Of a DNA stretch of 64,000 bases, positions 52,331 through 60,730 are shown in pieces. Below the pieces are notes generated by a model. It was not told the origin of the DNA, made no database searches, and worked only from the letters and a program-made list of their open reading frames with translations. Origin of the DNA: an uncultured Kiloniellales bacterium (lineage in GTDB: Bacteria > Actinomycetota > Acidimicrobiia > Spongiisociales > UBA5794). Location: positions 15,399 to 79,398 of the forward strand of contig CAXMSN010000067.1 in NCBI GenBank assembly GCA_964196275.1. Reading direction: 5' to 3'. Positions within the stretch are counted from its first letter, which is position 1; each line of letters begins with the position of its first letter. The position numbers were made by a program, and so were the translations under genes.

Positions 52331-53463
52331 ACACCCTCCACGGTTTCTTCGATCAGGTGGTCGACAACCGTGTTGAGCGCATCGGCAGGGTCAGCGCCCT
52401 CAGTGAGCGCGCTCTCATAGACGGCCCGCTGGCGATCCGAGCTGGTACCGCCGGCCACGATCGTCCTGATGTGTTCGACGTGTTCGAGCGCCCCGATCTC
52501 CGCGGCCTGCTCTCGCACCATCCCGATGAGTTCCTCGACAAGGTCCGGCACCGGAACGAGCTTGCCGGTACCGAAGTCGATAAGGGACTCGTCGACGCCA
52601 TACCGTTGTGCACGCCAGTTGTTCTCCTGGATGAGCATGCGCGAGTACTGACGGAACTTCCTGTTCTCCTTGCGAAGCTGATACAGCATCGCAAGCAATG
52701 ACTGATAGGTCGCGGCGATCGCCAGAGCATCGGCATATCGCGTGCAGATGTCGGTCGACCGCATCTCGAGCGTGGGATACCGCGAAGAGGGCCGGATGTC
52801 CCACCACAGCTTGGAGGCATCCTCGATGACCCCGGTGCCGACGAGTACCTCGATGTGTCGCTGGTACTCCGCCCAACTTGAGAACGCGTCCGGGATGCCG
52901 GTTCGGGGCATCGACCGGAACACCGACGTCCGGTAGCTCTTGAGACCGGTGTCCTCTCCGTGCCAGAACGGCGATGACCCCGAGACCGCAAGCAGGTGTG
53001 GCAAAAAGTACGTGACCTGGTTCATCAGTTCGATCCGAAGGTCCTCGTCCCCGACGCCGACGTGGACGTGCATCCCGCAGATCAACAGACGCCTCACCAC
53101 GCCCTGGAGTGCCTGTTCCAGTTCGTTGTATCTCGACTTGTCTGTGTGTCTCTGACGACTCCAGTCTGCAAATGGATGCGTGGACGCCGAGATGATCGCC
53201 ATGCCGTGGTCGCTTACCGAGTCCGAGACGAAACGCCGCATCAAGGCCAGATACTCGGCCACTTCGGTCAGGTCCTTCGCAACCGGCGTCCCGATCTCAA
53301 CTTGCGAACGGATGAATTCCGGGCTCGTGGCTCCGACAGGTGGATGCTCGAGAGCGTCCAGAAGCTCGTTTGGCAGTTCCGGCACAAGATCGCGCGTCTC
53401 ACGGTCCACGACGAAGTACTCCTCTTCGATCCCGATCGTGAAGAGAGGCCTCTCTGGCGTCAT
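52327..53463 (-). CDS. carboxylate-amine ligase (YbdK / glutamate-cysteine ligase family 2)
   Basis: 378 aa. 'FTIGIEEEYFVVD', 'GMHVHVGV', 'SSPFWHGEDTG' and 'WWDIRP'. Confidence 0.88.
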   Translation of the reverse strand: MTPERPLFTIGIEEEYFVVDRETRDLVPELPNELLDALEHPPVGATSPEFIRSQVEIGTPVAKDLTEVAEYLALMRRFVSDSVSDHGMAIISASTHPFADWSRQRHTDKSRYNELEQALQGVVRRLLICGMHVHVGVGDEDLRIELMNQVTYFLPHLLAVSGSSPFWHGEDTGLKSYRTSVFRSMPRTGIPDAFSSWAEYQRHIEVLVGTGVIEDASKLWWDIRPSSRYPTLEMRSTDICTRYADALAIAATYQSLLAMLYQLRKENRKFRQYSRMLIQENNWRAQRYGVDESLIDFGTGKLVPVPDLVEELIGMVREQAAEIGALEHVEHIRTIVAGGTSSDRQRAVYESALTEGADPADALNTVVDHLIEETVEGV

Positions 53464-53506
53464 GTTTCCTCCGACGTGTGTGCAGACCTACGGTACTTGC
53501 TTGCTC

Positions 53507-54538
53507 TCAGGGTACGAGCAAAAGGCCCTCGTCTTCAAGGGCATGGGACAGGGCGCCCTCCTCTCCGGGACGTACGGAGATCGTGAGGACACCTCCTCCA
53601 CCATGAGGAGCGTGACGCATCTGGATGTCCCTCACATCGACCTCGGATGCTTCGAGTGCGTGTCCGACTTTCGCAATCTCTCCTGGTTGGTCAGCGAGCG
53701 CCACCCTGACAGCGGCTACCGGCGCTCCCAGGGACCGCCGTGTCTGTCGCGCCTCAGAGAGGAGTGCAAGCAACGTGTCGTCATCCGACACGATCGCAGC
53801 TTCAAGAAGCGCCAGGCGCTCCCTGAGAACGCCGATGGAGGCGAGAACCGCCGGTGCGTTCGTCTGCAGTATCTCGACCCAGGGGATCGGAAGTGATGCC
53901 CCGACCCTCGTGAGGTCTCTGAAGCTTCCTGCTGCGAGTTCAAGCGCACCATCTTCGTCTACAGCGGTCGCAAGAAGGGCACCGGCAACGAGTTGTGGCA
54001 GGTGGCTGATCCTGGCTACGGCAGCGTCGTGATCTGACGCACTCATCCTGACGACACGTCCGCCGAGCGTCTCGATGACCGACACGACCGACCGATCCGC
54101 GTCAGGGCTCGCTCCATCGATCACGACCCACGAGGCACCTCTGAAGAGGGCGGCGCTCGCCGCCGTAGGTCCCGATGTCTCCCTGCCGGCCATCGGGTGC
54201 GTTCCGACGAACCCAGCCAGATGGTCTGTTACAGCCAGTACGGGAGCCTTCACACCGGCAACGTCCATCACAGCGGTGTCAACGGCCATATCTGAGAGAA
54301 CTTCGATCGTCGCCTTCGGTGGGACAGCAACGATCACAACGTCGGGTGCCGGTTCGAGGACGGCATCCAAGGAGTCGGCGTATGTCGATGCGAGTCCCCG
54401 ATCCTTCGCGATAGCGAGTACGTCAGGGTCAGCGTCGTATCCGATGACGGTCCATCCCGACTTCGAAAGGCCGACTGAGATCGATCCTCCGATCAACCCA
54501 AGACCGATAACCGCAGCTCGTTTCATGTCGTACATCAC
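53507..54538 (-). CDS. tyrA: prephenate dehydrogenase with C-terminal ACT-like domain
   Basis: 343 aa. 'AAVIGLGLIGGSISVGL', 'DVAGVK' and 'HPMAG'. The start could be 54538 or ATG-54526. Confidence 0.88.
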   Translation of the reverse strand: MMYDMKRAAVIGLGLIGGSISVGLSKSGWTVIGYDADPDVLAIAKDRGLASTYADSLDAVLEPAPDVVIVAVPPKATIEVLSDMAVDTAVMDVAGVKAPVLAVTDHLAGFVGTHPMAGRETSGPTAASAALFRGASWVVIDGASPDADRSVVSVIETLGGRVVRMSASDHDAAVARISHLPQLVAGALLATAVDEDGALELAAGSFRDLTRVGASLPIPWVEILQTNAPAVLASIGVLRERLALLEAAIVSDDDTLLALLSEARQTRRSLGAPVAAVRVALADQPGEIAKVGHALEASEVDVRDIQMRHAPHGGGGVLTISVRPGEEGALSHALEDEGLLLVP

Positions 54539-54574
54539 CGTTGATCAACCATCCAATGAGGCTAGGGGTGTCCA

Positions 54575-54750
54575 GGCAGCGACGGAAGTCGGACGACGGA
54601 ACCAGACTCGAAGTCCGAACTCCGAAATCCGACCAAGACCAGAGCCCGGAGCCAGATCGGAAGATTCTGGTCTGATAGCGAGCGCAGTCAGCGGATCGGA
54701 CTTCGGGCAGCGAGCAAATCGGATTTCGGCGAGCGAGGCGAAACCAAGCG
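54575..54750. repeat. cluster of short inverted/direct repeat modules filling the tyrA / epimerase divergent intergenic region
   Basis: Paired modules are 'cgaagtccga' (54609) with 'tcggacttcg' (54697), 'ccgaaatccga' with 'tcggatttcgg', and 'gaccaga' with 'tctggtc'. They are interleaved with 'agcgagcgcag', 'gcagcgagc' and 'cgagcgagg' modules that also occur at 10230..10327 and 56973..56988. Confidence 0.75.
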
Positions 54751-54766
54751 ATCCTACCCTCGGCTC

Positions 54767-55708
54767 ATGCGACGGGTATTCGTAACAGGAGCAGCCACGT
54801 GGACCGGTGGTCAACTGGTCAAGCAACTTGAGGCACGCGACGACCTTGAGGTCTTCGCCGTGGACGATGAGGATCCGCGCATCTCGTTCTCGTCACCTTT
54901 CGAGAGGCTGTCACTCGAGCGCCTTGCGCTCGCTCGCTACATGCTTGAGGTCAAGCCGGAGATCGTCGTTCATCTTCAGTCGGTTCACCGAACCGCTGAG
55001 GAGGGTCGCAATACCGATGGCGAGGAGAGAATCGTCGGAGCGCTTGCCCTATTCGGAGCGATCGAGCGCCTCGACAGCGTGAGCACCGTGATCGTCAAAT
55101 CGGACACTGCCTTCTACGGAGCAAGCCCCAGGAACCCATCGGTTCTGAAGGAGTCGACCCGCCCTCAGGGGACGCCGAGCAAGTATCAGCGCGACCTCAC
55201 AGAGATGGAGCGTTTCGTCTCGGAGACGTCACAGCGCCACACGGACATCAACTACACGGTTCTCCGCTTCGCCCCGATCTTCGGCCCAGAGGTCGGAAAC
55301 CCGTTCAGCCGCTATCTCGGCCTGCGTGTTGTCCCAACGTTGCTCGGTTTCGATCCCCGCCTCCAGGTGACACATGAGCGAGATGCGGTCGCGGCTCTCG
55401 AACACGCCCTCGATGTCCAGGTCCCCGGCACGTTCAACGTTGCAGCGGACGGACAGATGTACCTGTCCCGTGTCCTGCGGCTTGGTCGGAGGATTCCGCA
55501 GCCGCTACCAAGCAAGATGTACGAATCTGCGATGAGGGGCCTGACACGGGTGAACATCACCGTTCCTGCCCATGTCCAGGGGATCCTCAAGTACGGCAGG
55601 GTCGTCGACACTTCGTTGATGAGGTCTGAGTTCGGATTCACACCGGAGCACACCTGCAGGCAGACGGTCCTCAATGCCTACGGGATCACCGGGAAGGTGG
55701 CACCGTGA
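54767..55708 (+). CDS. NAD-dependent epimerase/dehydratase family protein
   Basis: 313 aa. 'MRRVFVTGAATWTGGQLVKQLE' (Rossmann fold). Confidence 0.8.
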   Translation: MRRVFVTGAATWTGGQLVKQLEARDDLEVFAVDDEDPRISFSSPFERLSLERLALARYMLEVKPEIVVHLQSVHRTAEEGRNTDGEERIVGALALFGAIERLDSVSTVIVKSDTAFYGASPRNPSVLKESTRPQGTPSKYQRDLTEMERFVSETSQRHTDINYTVLRFAPIFGPEVGNPFSRYLGLRVVPTLLGFDPRLQVTHERDAVAALEHALDVQVPGTFNVAADGQMYLSRVLRLGRRIPQPLPSKMYESAMRGLTRVNITVPAHVQGILKYGRVVDTSLMRSEFGFTPEHTCRQTVLNAYGITGKVAP

Positions 55709-56934
55709 AGCGGTACGACCTCGAAGCGTTGACCAAGAAGGAGCTGTCTCTACTCGCCAGGGAAGCCGACATCGCCGGCCGTTCCACGATGACCAAGGCC
55801 CAGATCGTCGAAGCGCTTGCAGAACCCGACACGACGGACGCCGATGCCGTTCCACCCGACAGCGTCGAAGCCGAGGTCGTGAGCGAGGGGCTCGGGATCT
55901 CCATCCCAGGGATCTCGCACGAGGACAGGGCGGAAGCCAAGGCACGCCGCGAAGCTCTCGCAGCGAGGCTCGCCGCGTTCGTCGATACCGGGACGCATTG
56001 CTCATGGACCAGCACCGAGGGACATCCGTGCGGGCTACCCGTTGTCGTTGGTACCGAGGCGTGCGGCCTCCATGGGGATGGATCGATCGCTGACAGGGCC
56101 ATCCCCCTCACGGGAAGCCTCGGCTTTGGCTCTTGGCCGACGCTGTGGAGACACCTCAGCCTTGCGACGTACGACATCGACTCGTTCGGGTTGGACCCGG
56201 TCGTGGCAGAGATGGCGTGGCACGTCATGAACGGCCTCTACTACGACTATTTCCGGGTTGAGGTTGAAGGGATCGAGAACGTGCCGATGGACGGTGGTGC
56301 GGTACTCGTGGCGAACCATGGCGGCGCGGCCCTGCCGTACGACGGGGCGATGCTGACACTCTCGGTGCTGAACGAAGCCGAGATCCCGCGCAGGGTCCGC
56401 GTGATCGGTACCGAGATCTTCAACATGCTGCCCACCGTGTCGCACCTCTACCGCAAGGTCGGTGCGGCGTATGCGGCGCGCGATGATGCACGAGAACTTC
56501 TCCGGAGAGGGCATCTGCTAGGCGTATTCCCCGAGGGCGAGCGAGGCTTCATGAAGCCCGTCTGGGAGGCGTATCGAGTCGGGAGGCTCGGTAGAGGTGG
56601 TTTCGCTGAGATCGCCGCCGAGGCTGGCGTTCCGATCGTGCCTGTGGCGATCATCGGCTCTGAGGAAGTCCACCCTGCCGTGATGGTCTCGAAGCGACTG
56701 GCCAGACTCGTCAAGCTGTTCTTCCCCGATCAGCGCGTCGACGAGATCGCCATTGCCCTGAACCCCATCCCTCTCCCCATCAAGTGGAGGATCCGATTCC
56801 TGCCACCGGTCATGCCACCCGGTGATGACGAGCAACTCGATGGCCTCGAACTCCTCGAGCGCTCGGAGGACATCCGCGACTCCATCCAGCACGCCCTCGA
56901 CGACATCCTGGCGCACCGCCGAACGGCTTTCTAG
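55705..56934 (+). CDS. Rho-N/SAP-like domain fused to a lysophospholipid (PlsC-type) acyltransferase
   Basis: 409 aa. N-terminal 'LTKKELSLLAREADIAGRSTMTKAQIVEALAE'. Acyltransferase blocks 'VLVANHGG' and 'GVFPEGERG'. 4-nt overlap with the epimerase gene. Confidence 0.8.
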   Translation: MKRYDLEALTKKELSLLAREADIAGRSTMTKAQIVEALAEPDTTDADAVPPDSVEAEVVSEGLGISIPGISHEDRAEAKARREALAARLAAFVDTGTHCSWTSTEGHPCGLPVVVGTEACGLHGDGSIADRAIPLTGSLGFGSWPTLWRHLSLATYDIDSFGLDPVVAEMAWHVMNGLYYDYFRVEVEGIENVPMDGGAVLVANHGGAALPYDGAMLTLSVLNEAEIPRRVRVIGTEIFNMLPTVSHLYRKVGAAYAARDDARELLRRGHLLGVFPEGERGFMKPVWEAYRVGRLGRGGFAEIAAEAGVPIVPVAIIGSEEVHPAVMVSKRLARLVKLFFPDQRVDEIAIALNPIPLPIKWRIRFLPPVMPPGDDEQLDGLELLERSEDIRDSIQHALDDILAHRRTAF

Positions 56935-56947
56935 CGTTCAACTCACA

Positions 56948-57178
56948 CCTCCGTCCCCCTTTCAAGGGGAACAAGCGAGCGCAGCGAGCTAGGGGGATGT
57001 GCAGGGTTCGGTCTCGGACGTCGCTGCATCCAGCCACTACGGGCTCGCAGACCCCCCTGCATCGTCGCTGCGCTCCTCTGCCGTCCCGACATCCAGCCAC
57101 TCCGGGCTCGCAGGCTCGCAGACCCCCCTGCATCGTCGCTGCGCTCCTCTGCCGTCCCCCCTGAAGGGAGGACGAAGG
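56948..57178. repeat. composite repeat: inverted C-element copy (56948..56997), two tandem ~61/70-bp units (57026..57086, 57089..57158) and a partial direct C-element (57152..57178)
   Basis: The reverse complement of 56948..56997 is 'atccccctagctcgctgcgctcgcttgttccccttgaaagggggacggag'. The tandem unit is 'catccagccactNcgggctcgcag(gctcgcag)acccccctgcatcgtcgctgcgctcctctgccgtccc'. Confidence 0.85.
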
Positions 57179-57226
57179 CGCGGGGACTGCTAACAATTGC
57201 AAGCACTTTGCTATATACTGCAAACA

Positions 57227-57574
57227 ATGAGGAAGCCACAACTGCCGGATGTTGGTTCGTTCATCAAGGAACAGCGCGAGCGCAGTTCCCTTTCGATCCG
57301 GAAACTGGCAGACATGACCGGGGTTTCGAACCCCTACCTCAGCCAGATCGAGCGGGGTATCCGCACGCCATCGGCTGAGATCCTCAGATCGATCGCAGGC
57401 GCCTTGTCGATCCGTACAGAGACCCTGTACGAGAAGGCAGGGCTCCTCGACAGCGATGGCGCACAAGACGTCGTCGATGCGATCGAGTCAGACAGCAAAC
57501 TTTCGAGTAACCAAAAACAGGCGCTGAGGGAGATCTACATGAGCTTCGTCAGCACAGACCAGGAGGAATCATGA
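57227..57574 (+). CDS. XRE-family helix-turn-helix transcriptional regulator
   Basis: Start ATG-57227: 'MRKPQLPDVGSFIKEQRERSSLSIRKLADMTGVSNPYLSQIERGIRTPSAEIL'. Confidence 0.88.
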   Translation: MRKPQLPDVGSFIKEQRERSSLSIRKLADMTGVSNPYLSQIERGIRTPSAEILRSIAGALSIRTETLYEKAGLLDSDGAQDVVDAIESDSKLSSNQKQALREIYMSFVSTDQEES

Positions 57575-58251
57575 TGGATTTCGACAAACAGAAAGAGAAC
57601 TTGACCAAGGCCTACAAGGCGATGAGTGACACCACCGTGTCCGCCGGCACCAAGGTCAAGGACGTCACCACAGATGCCGCAAAGAACGTTGCCGACACAA
57701 CCGTCAGCGCAGGCACCAAGGTCAAGGACGTCAGCACGGACGCAGCAAAGAGCGTTGGTGACACGACCGTCAGCGCAGGCACCAAGGCGAAGGACATCGG
57801 AGGCGATACCGCCACCACCGCTGCCGAGAAGGCCAAGGAGCTTCTTGTAGCCCTGCAGGAGTTCGCTGGATCGAGCATGGACAAGATCACGGCCGTCAAG
57901 CTCGGCGACAAGAACGTCGGCGAGCACGTTGAGGCAACCGTTGACACCGTCCAGTCCAAGGTTGACGTGGATCAGCTCACCGAACAGGTTGCAAAGCTCA
58001 GGCACCAGATCGAGGACGTCCTCGGATCGTGGAAAGAGACCTTCAGCCCGACTGAGGAGACCACGAAGGCCGCTGACAAGCCAGCCGCAAAGCCGGCCGC
58101 CAAGAAGCCATCGGCGAAGAAGACAACTGCCAAGCCAAAAGCGAAGGCAACGACGACCAAGGCTGCTCCGAAGTCCAAGACCACAGCGAAGCCTGCGGCC
58201 AAGAAGACAACCGCCGCAAAGAAGACGACAACCAAGTCAACTTCCAAGTAG
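57571..58251 (+). CDS. repeat-containing protein with Lys/Ala/Thr-rich C-terminal tail (HbhA-like architecture)
   Basis: 226 aa with an ATGA overlap with the XRE gene. It has 3 x 22-aa repeats ('DTTVSAGTKVKDVTTDAAKNVA') and a helical middle. The tail reads 'KPAAKPAAKKPSAKKTTAKPKAKATTTKAAPKSKTTAKPAAKKTTAAKKTTTKSTSK'. Confidence 0.7.
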   Translation: MMDFDKQKENLTKAYKAMSDTTVSAGTKVKDVTTDAAKNVADTTVSAGTKVKDVSTDAAKSVGDTTVSAGTKAKDIGGDTATTAAEKAKELLVALQEFAGSSMDKITAVKLGDKNVGEHVEATVDTVQSKVDVDQLTEQVAKLRHQIEDVLGSWKETFSPTEETTKAADKPAAKPAAKKPSAKKTTAKPKAKATTTKAAPKSKTTAKPAAKKTTAAKKTTTKSTSK

Positions 58252-58347
58252 CACAGCACCAACCAAGAAGGGGAGGGTCTCAACCGAGACCCTCCCCTTC
58301 TTGCTGTGTTCTGGTATCCGTGGTCCGTGGTCGCTGCGCTCCCGTTC

Positions 58348-58398
58348 ATCCCCCTGGCTCGCTAACGCTCGCCCGTCCCCCTTGAAAGGGGGACGAAG
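58348..58398 (+). repeat. 'C-element' intergenic repeat copy 2
   Basis: 'atccccctggctcgctaacgctcgcccgtcccccttgaaagggggacgaag', lying between convergent genes. Confidence 0.9.
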
Positions 58399-58406
58399 AA
58401 AGGGAA

Positions 58407-58811
58407 TCAGCTGGTGACGCTTGGTTCCATTGCATTGGCTGCGTCGATCCAGCCTTGGACCATCTCGACCGTTGGAAGCCTCTGCACTCGCCGACGCTTG
58501 CCATTGATCTGGGTGAGGGCCGTCATGAGGTTCTGGGCGTTCCTGCGACGCAGTGCCTTGATGGTGTCGACACCCGACGCAGCAAGAAGATCTGCGTACT
58601 CAGCGCCGACTCCCTTGACCTTCATCAGTTCGGCCTGCTGGGCCCACTTGAGCAAGTCCGTCGTGGCTATCCCGGTCCTCGACGAAACCTCGGCCCTCCC
58701 CTTGCGAGTCGATGCTTGGTCGAGGAGTGACTCCGTCGTGCGCACACCGCCCTTGCGAAGCTTGGTTGCATCTCGCTGGCGGATCGCACGTATCGCCGAA
58801 ATCGAAGCCAT
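58407..58811 (-). CDS. DUF4332-like helix-hairpin-helix protein
   Basis: 134 aa. '..ELMKVKGVGAEYADLLAASGVDTIKALRRRNAQNLMTAL..' is the typical DUF4332 pattern. Confidence 0.65.
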   Translation of the reverse strand: MASISAIRAIRQRDATKLRKGGVRTTESLLDQASTRKGRAEVSSRTGIATTDLLKWAQQAELMKVKGVGAEYADLLAASGVDTIKALRRRNAQNLMTALTQINGKRRRVQRLPTVEMVQGWIDAANAMEPSVTS

Positions 58812-58886
58812 CGACCGTCACTCCCGTTCATCTTGCCAGCGGCCTGCGTCGAGACTACTCACTCACGGGGGTCTCTCGCTTGGCGA

Positions 58887-59510
58887 CTAGTGGGCTTCTT
58901 TTTCGACTTCCTCGGCGGTATGGAGATTCACGGGTGCGATTCGGTCGAACCACACCTCGTCGACGCTGTTCGCATGGAGCGAGATCGAGTCGAGGAGATC
59001 GACATCGCCCTCCTGCCCAAGAAGATGCGCCCACATTTCGGGGCCAATGACAACGGGGAGGCCTCGGGCATACCGATACTTGGGCACGACGACATCCGCA
59101 TCGGATGCGAGCGCCGCAGCGATCAGCTCGTTGACAATCTCCGGGTGTACGTCGAGCTGATCGGCTCTACCGAGTACACAGCGTTCAACCGAACGGTTCC
59201 GCGTCACAAGGTCGAGCGCGGCACGGATCGGAGATGAATTCCCCTCGCCCCACTCCGGATCGATCACGAGAGTGACCCCGACTTCCTCGATCGTGTCAGC
59301 GATGAGGTCAGCGTCCGAGCCGAGCACAACGACACGCTCATCGACGTTCCAGGCGAGGCAGCCTTCGATCGCTTGGGCCACCATCGAGCGCCCATGAACG
59401 GCAGCGAGGTACTTGGTCTCTGCGAAGTCTTGTCCCGCGTCGGCGGCGAGGATGATGGCGACGGTTGACACGATGGCTCCCTTTGCTGCGGAACGGTACC
59501 TCGGCGTCAC
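58887..59510 (-). CDS. MobA-like NTP-transferase family protein
   Basis: 207 aa. 'VAIILAADAGQDF..KYLAAVHGRSMV' is the N-terminal nucleotide-binding loop pattern. The true start is uncertain (several GTG candidates). Confidence 0.65.
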   Translation of the reverse strand: MTPRYRSAAKGAIVSTVAIILAADAGQDFAETKYLAAVHGRSMVAQAIEGCLAWNVDERVVVLGSDADLIADTIEEVGVTLVIDPEWGEGNSSPIRAALDLVTRNRSVERCVLGRADQLDVHPEIVNELIAAALASDADVVVPKYRYARGLPVVIGPEMWAHLLGQEGDVDLLDSISLHANSVDEVWFDRIAPVNLHTAEEVEKEAH

Positions 59511-59513
59511 CGC

Positions 59514-60008
59514 CTACCAGTTGGCGCCCTGCGAATCGGTGAGAGCCGAGAGCAAGTCCGACTGGAGATACCCCAGCCATGCGAGCGCCGCAAGACCGGG
59601 GTCGTCGGAGATGCGGGCCTCCCAACCCTCACCTGACTCGAACACTCCAGCGCGTGCGGCGAGCGCAAGCCTTGCCCTGTTGATCACGCGAAGGACGGAC
59701 TCCGCCTCGTCCAGCGACATCGAGGACTCTCCGCGCAAGAGAACGTCGAGGGCTGCGATATCGGCTGCACGGTCACCCGTGCGCTGCGTGCCTATGAGTT
59801 CATCGAATTCGTCAGACGCGGCAGCGTCATCTGCATACGCCGGTCGATTCATCACGGCTACAGCCGGATCTGTGTCGTGTGTTCCGACCGATGCGAGGAG
59901 ATCGGGAATCTGAACCAGAAGCGCCTTGTCATCAACAGTGAGCGAAGTGACGATGCGGTCGTCTGATCGCGAGAACAGGGCCGTCACGATCGCCCCATCG
60001 TCGCCCAC
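59514..60008 (-). CDS. conserved hypothetical protein (DUF2017-like clpS neighbour)
   Basis: 164-aa acidic ORF overlapping the clpS 3' end by 25 nt. The family call rests mainly on the conserved position next to clpS in Actinobacteria. Confidence 0.55.
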   Translation of the reverse strand: MGDDGAIVTALFSRSDDRIVTSLTVDDKALLVQIPDLLASVGTHDTDPAVAVMNRPAYADDAAASDEFDELIGTQRTGDRAADIAALDVLLRGESSMSLDEAESVLRVINRARLALAARAGVFESGEGWEARISDDPGLAALAWLGYLQSDLLSALTDSQGANW

Positions 60009-60268
60009 AGCCCATAGTTCTGGAGTCGGTAGACGGCGAGTTCCGCTGGCTCCAACATCCCTGTGAACACCACCGCCTTGCCCTCGTTGTGGACCGAAAG
60101 CATCAACGATGTTGCCTTGTCAAGATCGAACGCAAAGACCTGCTGGAACACATACACAACGAAGTCCATCAGATTGACAGGGTCGTCCCAGACGATCACA
60201 ACCCAGGGAACGTCGGGGTCTGCCCGCTCGGTGACCTCGGGTTCCACAACCGGAACGGTCGTTGTCAT
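59984..60268 (-). CDS. clpS: ATP-dependent Clp protease adaptor ClpS
   Basis: I trimmed to ATG-60268: '[59 protein letters not shown]'. Confidence 0.9.
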   Translation of the reverse strand: MTTTVPVVEPEVTERADPDVPWVVIVWDDPVNLMDFVVYVFQQVFAFDLDKATSLMLSVHNEGKAVVFTGMLEPAELAVYRLQNYGLWATMGRS

Positions 60269-60534
60269 TGTCTCGCGGGCTGCTCTTCGACAGCGGCGTC
60301 GACGTCGGCTGAGCGTTGGGCATTGATCCAGTCCTCGAAATCGACCTTTGCGACTCTCCACTCCCTGCCGAACTTGACCGCACGAAGCTCTCCCGTCCGA
60401 AGGACCGACGTCACGACGAATGTCGACACGTCCATGTACTCACAGATATCAGCAACAGTGAGCCATGGCTTGTCGATGTCGACGGAAATTCGGTCCATGC
60501 GTTCAGCGTAGGGCAGTCGACTCATTGATTCCAT
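60265..60534 (-). CDS. excisionase-family (MerR-like) helix-turn-helix DNA-binding protein
   Basis: '[47 protein letters not shown]'. ATGA overlap with the clpS start. The start may be ATG-60534 or 60558. Confidence 0.8.
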   Translation of the reverse strand: MESMSRLPYAERMDRISVDIDKPWLTVADICEYMDVSTFVVTSVLRTGELRAVKFGREWRVAKVDFEDWINAQRSADVDAAVEEQPARQ

Positions 60535-60638
60535 AGTGTTCAGAAACCGCTTGCGCACAATGCAGGACGAACGTATCGTCAGCGGGCTTCAACTCGCCGA
60601 CCCAAACTGTGGCCGACGGGAGCGGGCGGAGAGATATG

Positions 60639-60663
60639 CACCGGTGGGTCCTTCCCACCGGTG
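60639..60663 (+). terminator. orphan intrinsic-terminator-like hairpin (10-bp perfect stem + T-tract) with no upstream + strand gene
   Basis: 'caccggtggg-tcctt-cccaccggtg' is followed by tttgtcgtt. It lies in the divergent region between the HTH gene (minus) and arsR (plus). Confidence 0.5.
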
Positions 60664-60710
60664 TTTGTCGTTCAGATACCGAACGCCGAGAGCGTACGAC
60701 TTGACATTGT

Positions 60711-60730
60711 ATGTAACGATATGGTTACAT
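60711..60730. promoter_or_regulatory. 7-6-7 perfect inverted repeat ATGTAAC-N6-GTTACAT, likely the ArsR/SmtB operator
   Basis: It sits 7 nt upstream of the arsR ATG-60737 and just downstream of a TTGACA hexamer at 60701..60706. Confidence 0.45.

Noticed and set aside
51308-52420. 370-aa ORF antisense to nadE/ybdK-like genes
   Set aside because: It is antisense to two genes with unambiguous family motifs. It is Arg/His/Asp-rich with no recognisable domain, so I treat it as a GC-driven shadow ORF. The same reasoning applies to 6174..6971, 13041..13850, 22655..23365, 26638..27471, 33425..34111, 36768..37838, 38223..39347, 40709..41605 and 62758..63426.
59511-59516. Two consecutive minus-strand ORFs (59514..60008 and 58887..59510) in the same frame, separated by one stop plus one codon, as at the MerB-like locus
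   Set aside because: The stop is TAG, not TGA. The two proteins belong to unrelated families, with complete domains on each side. This is ordinary tight gene spacing, not recoding.
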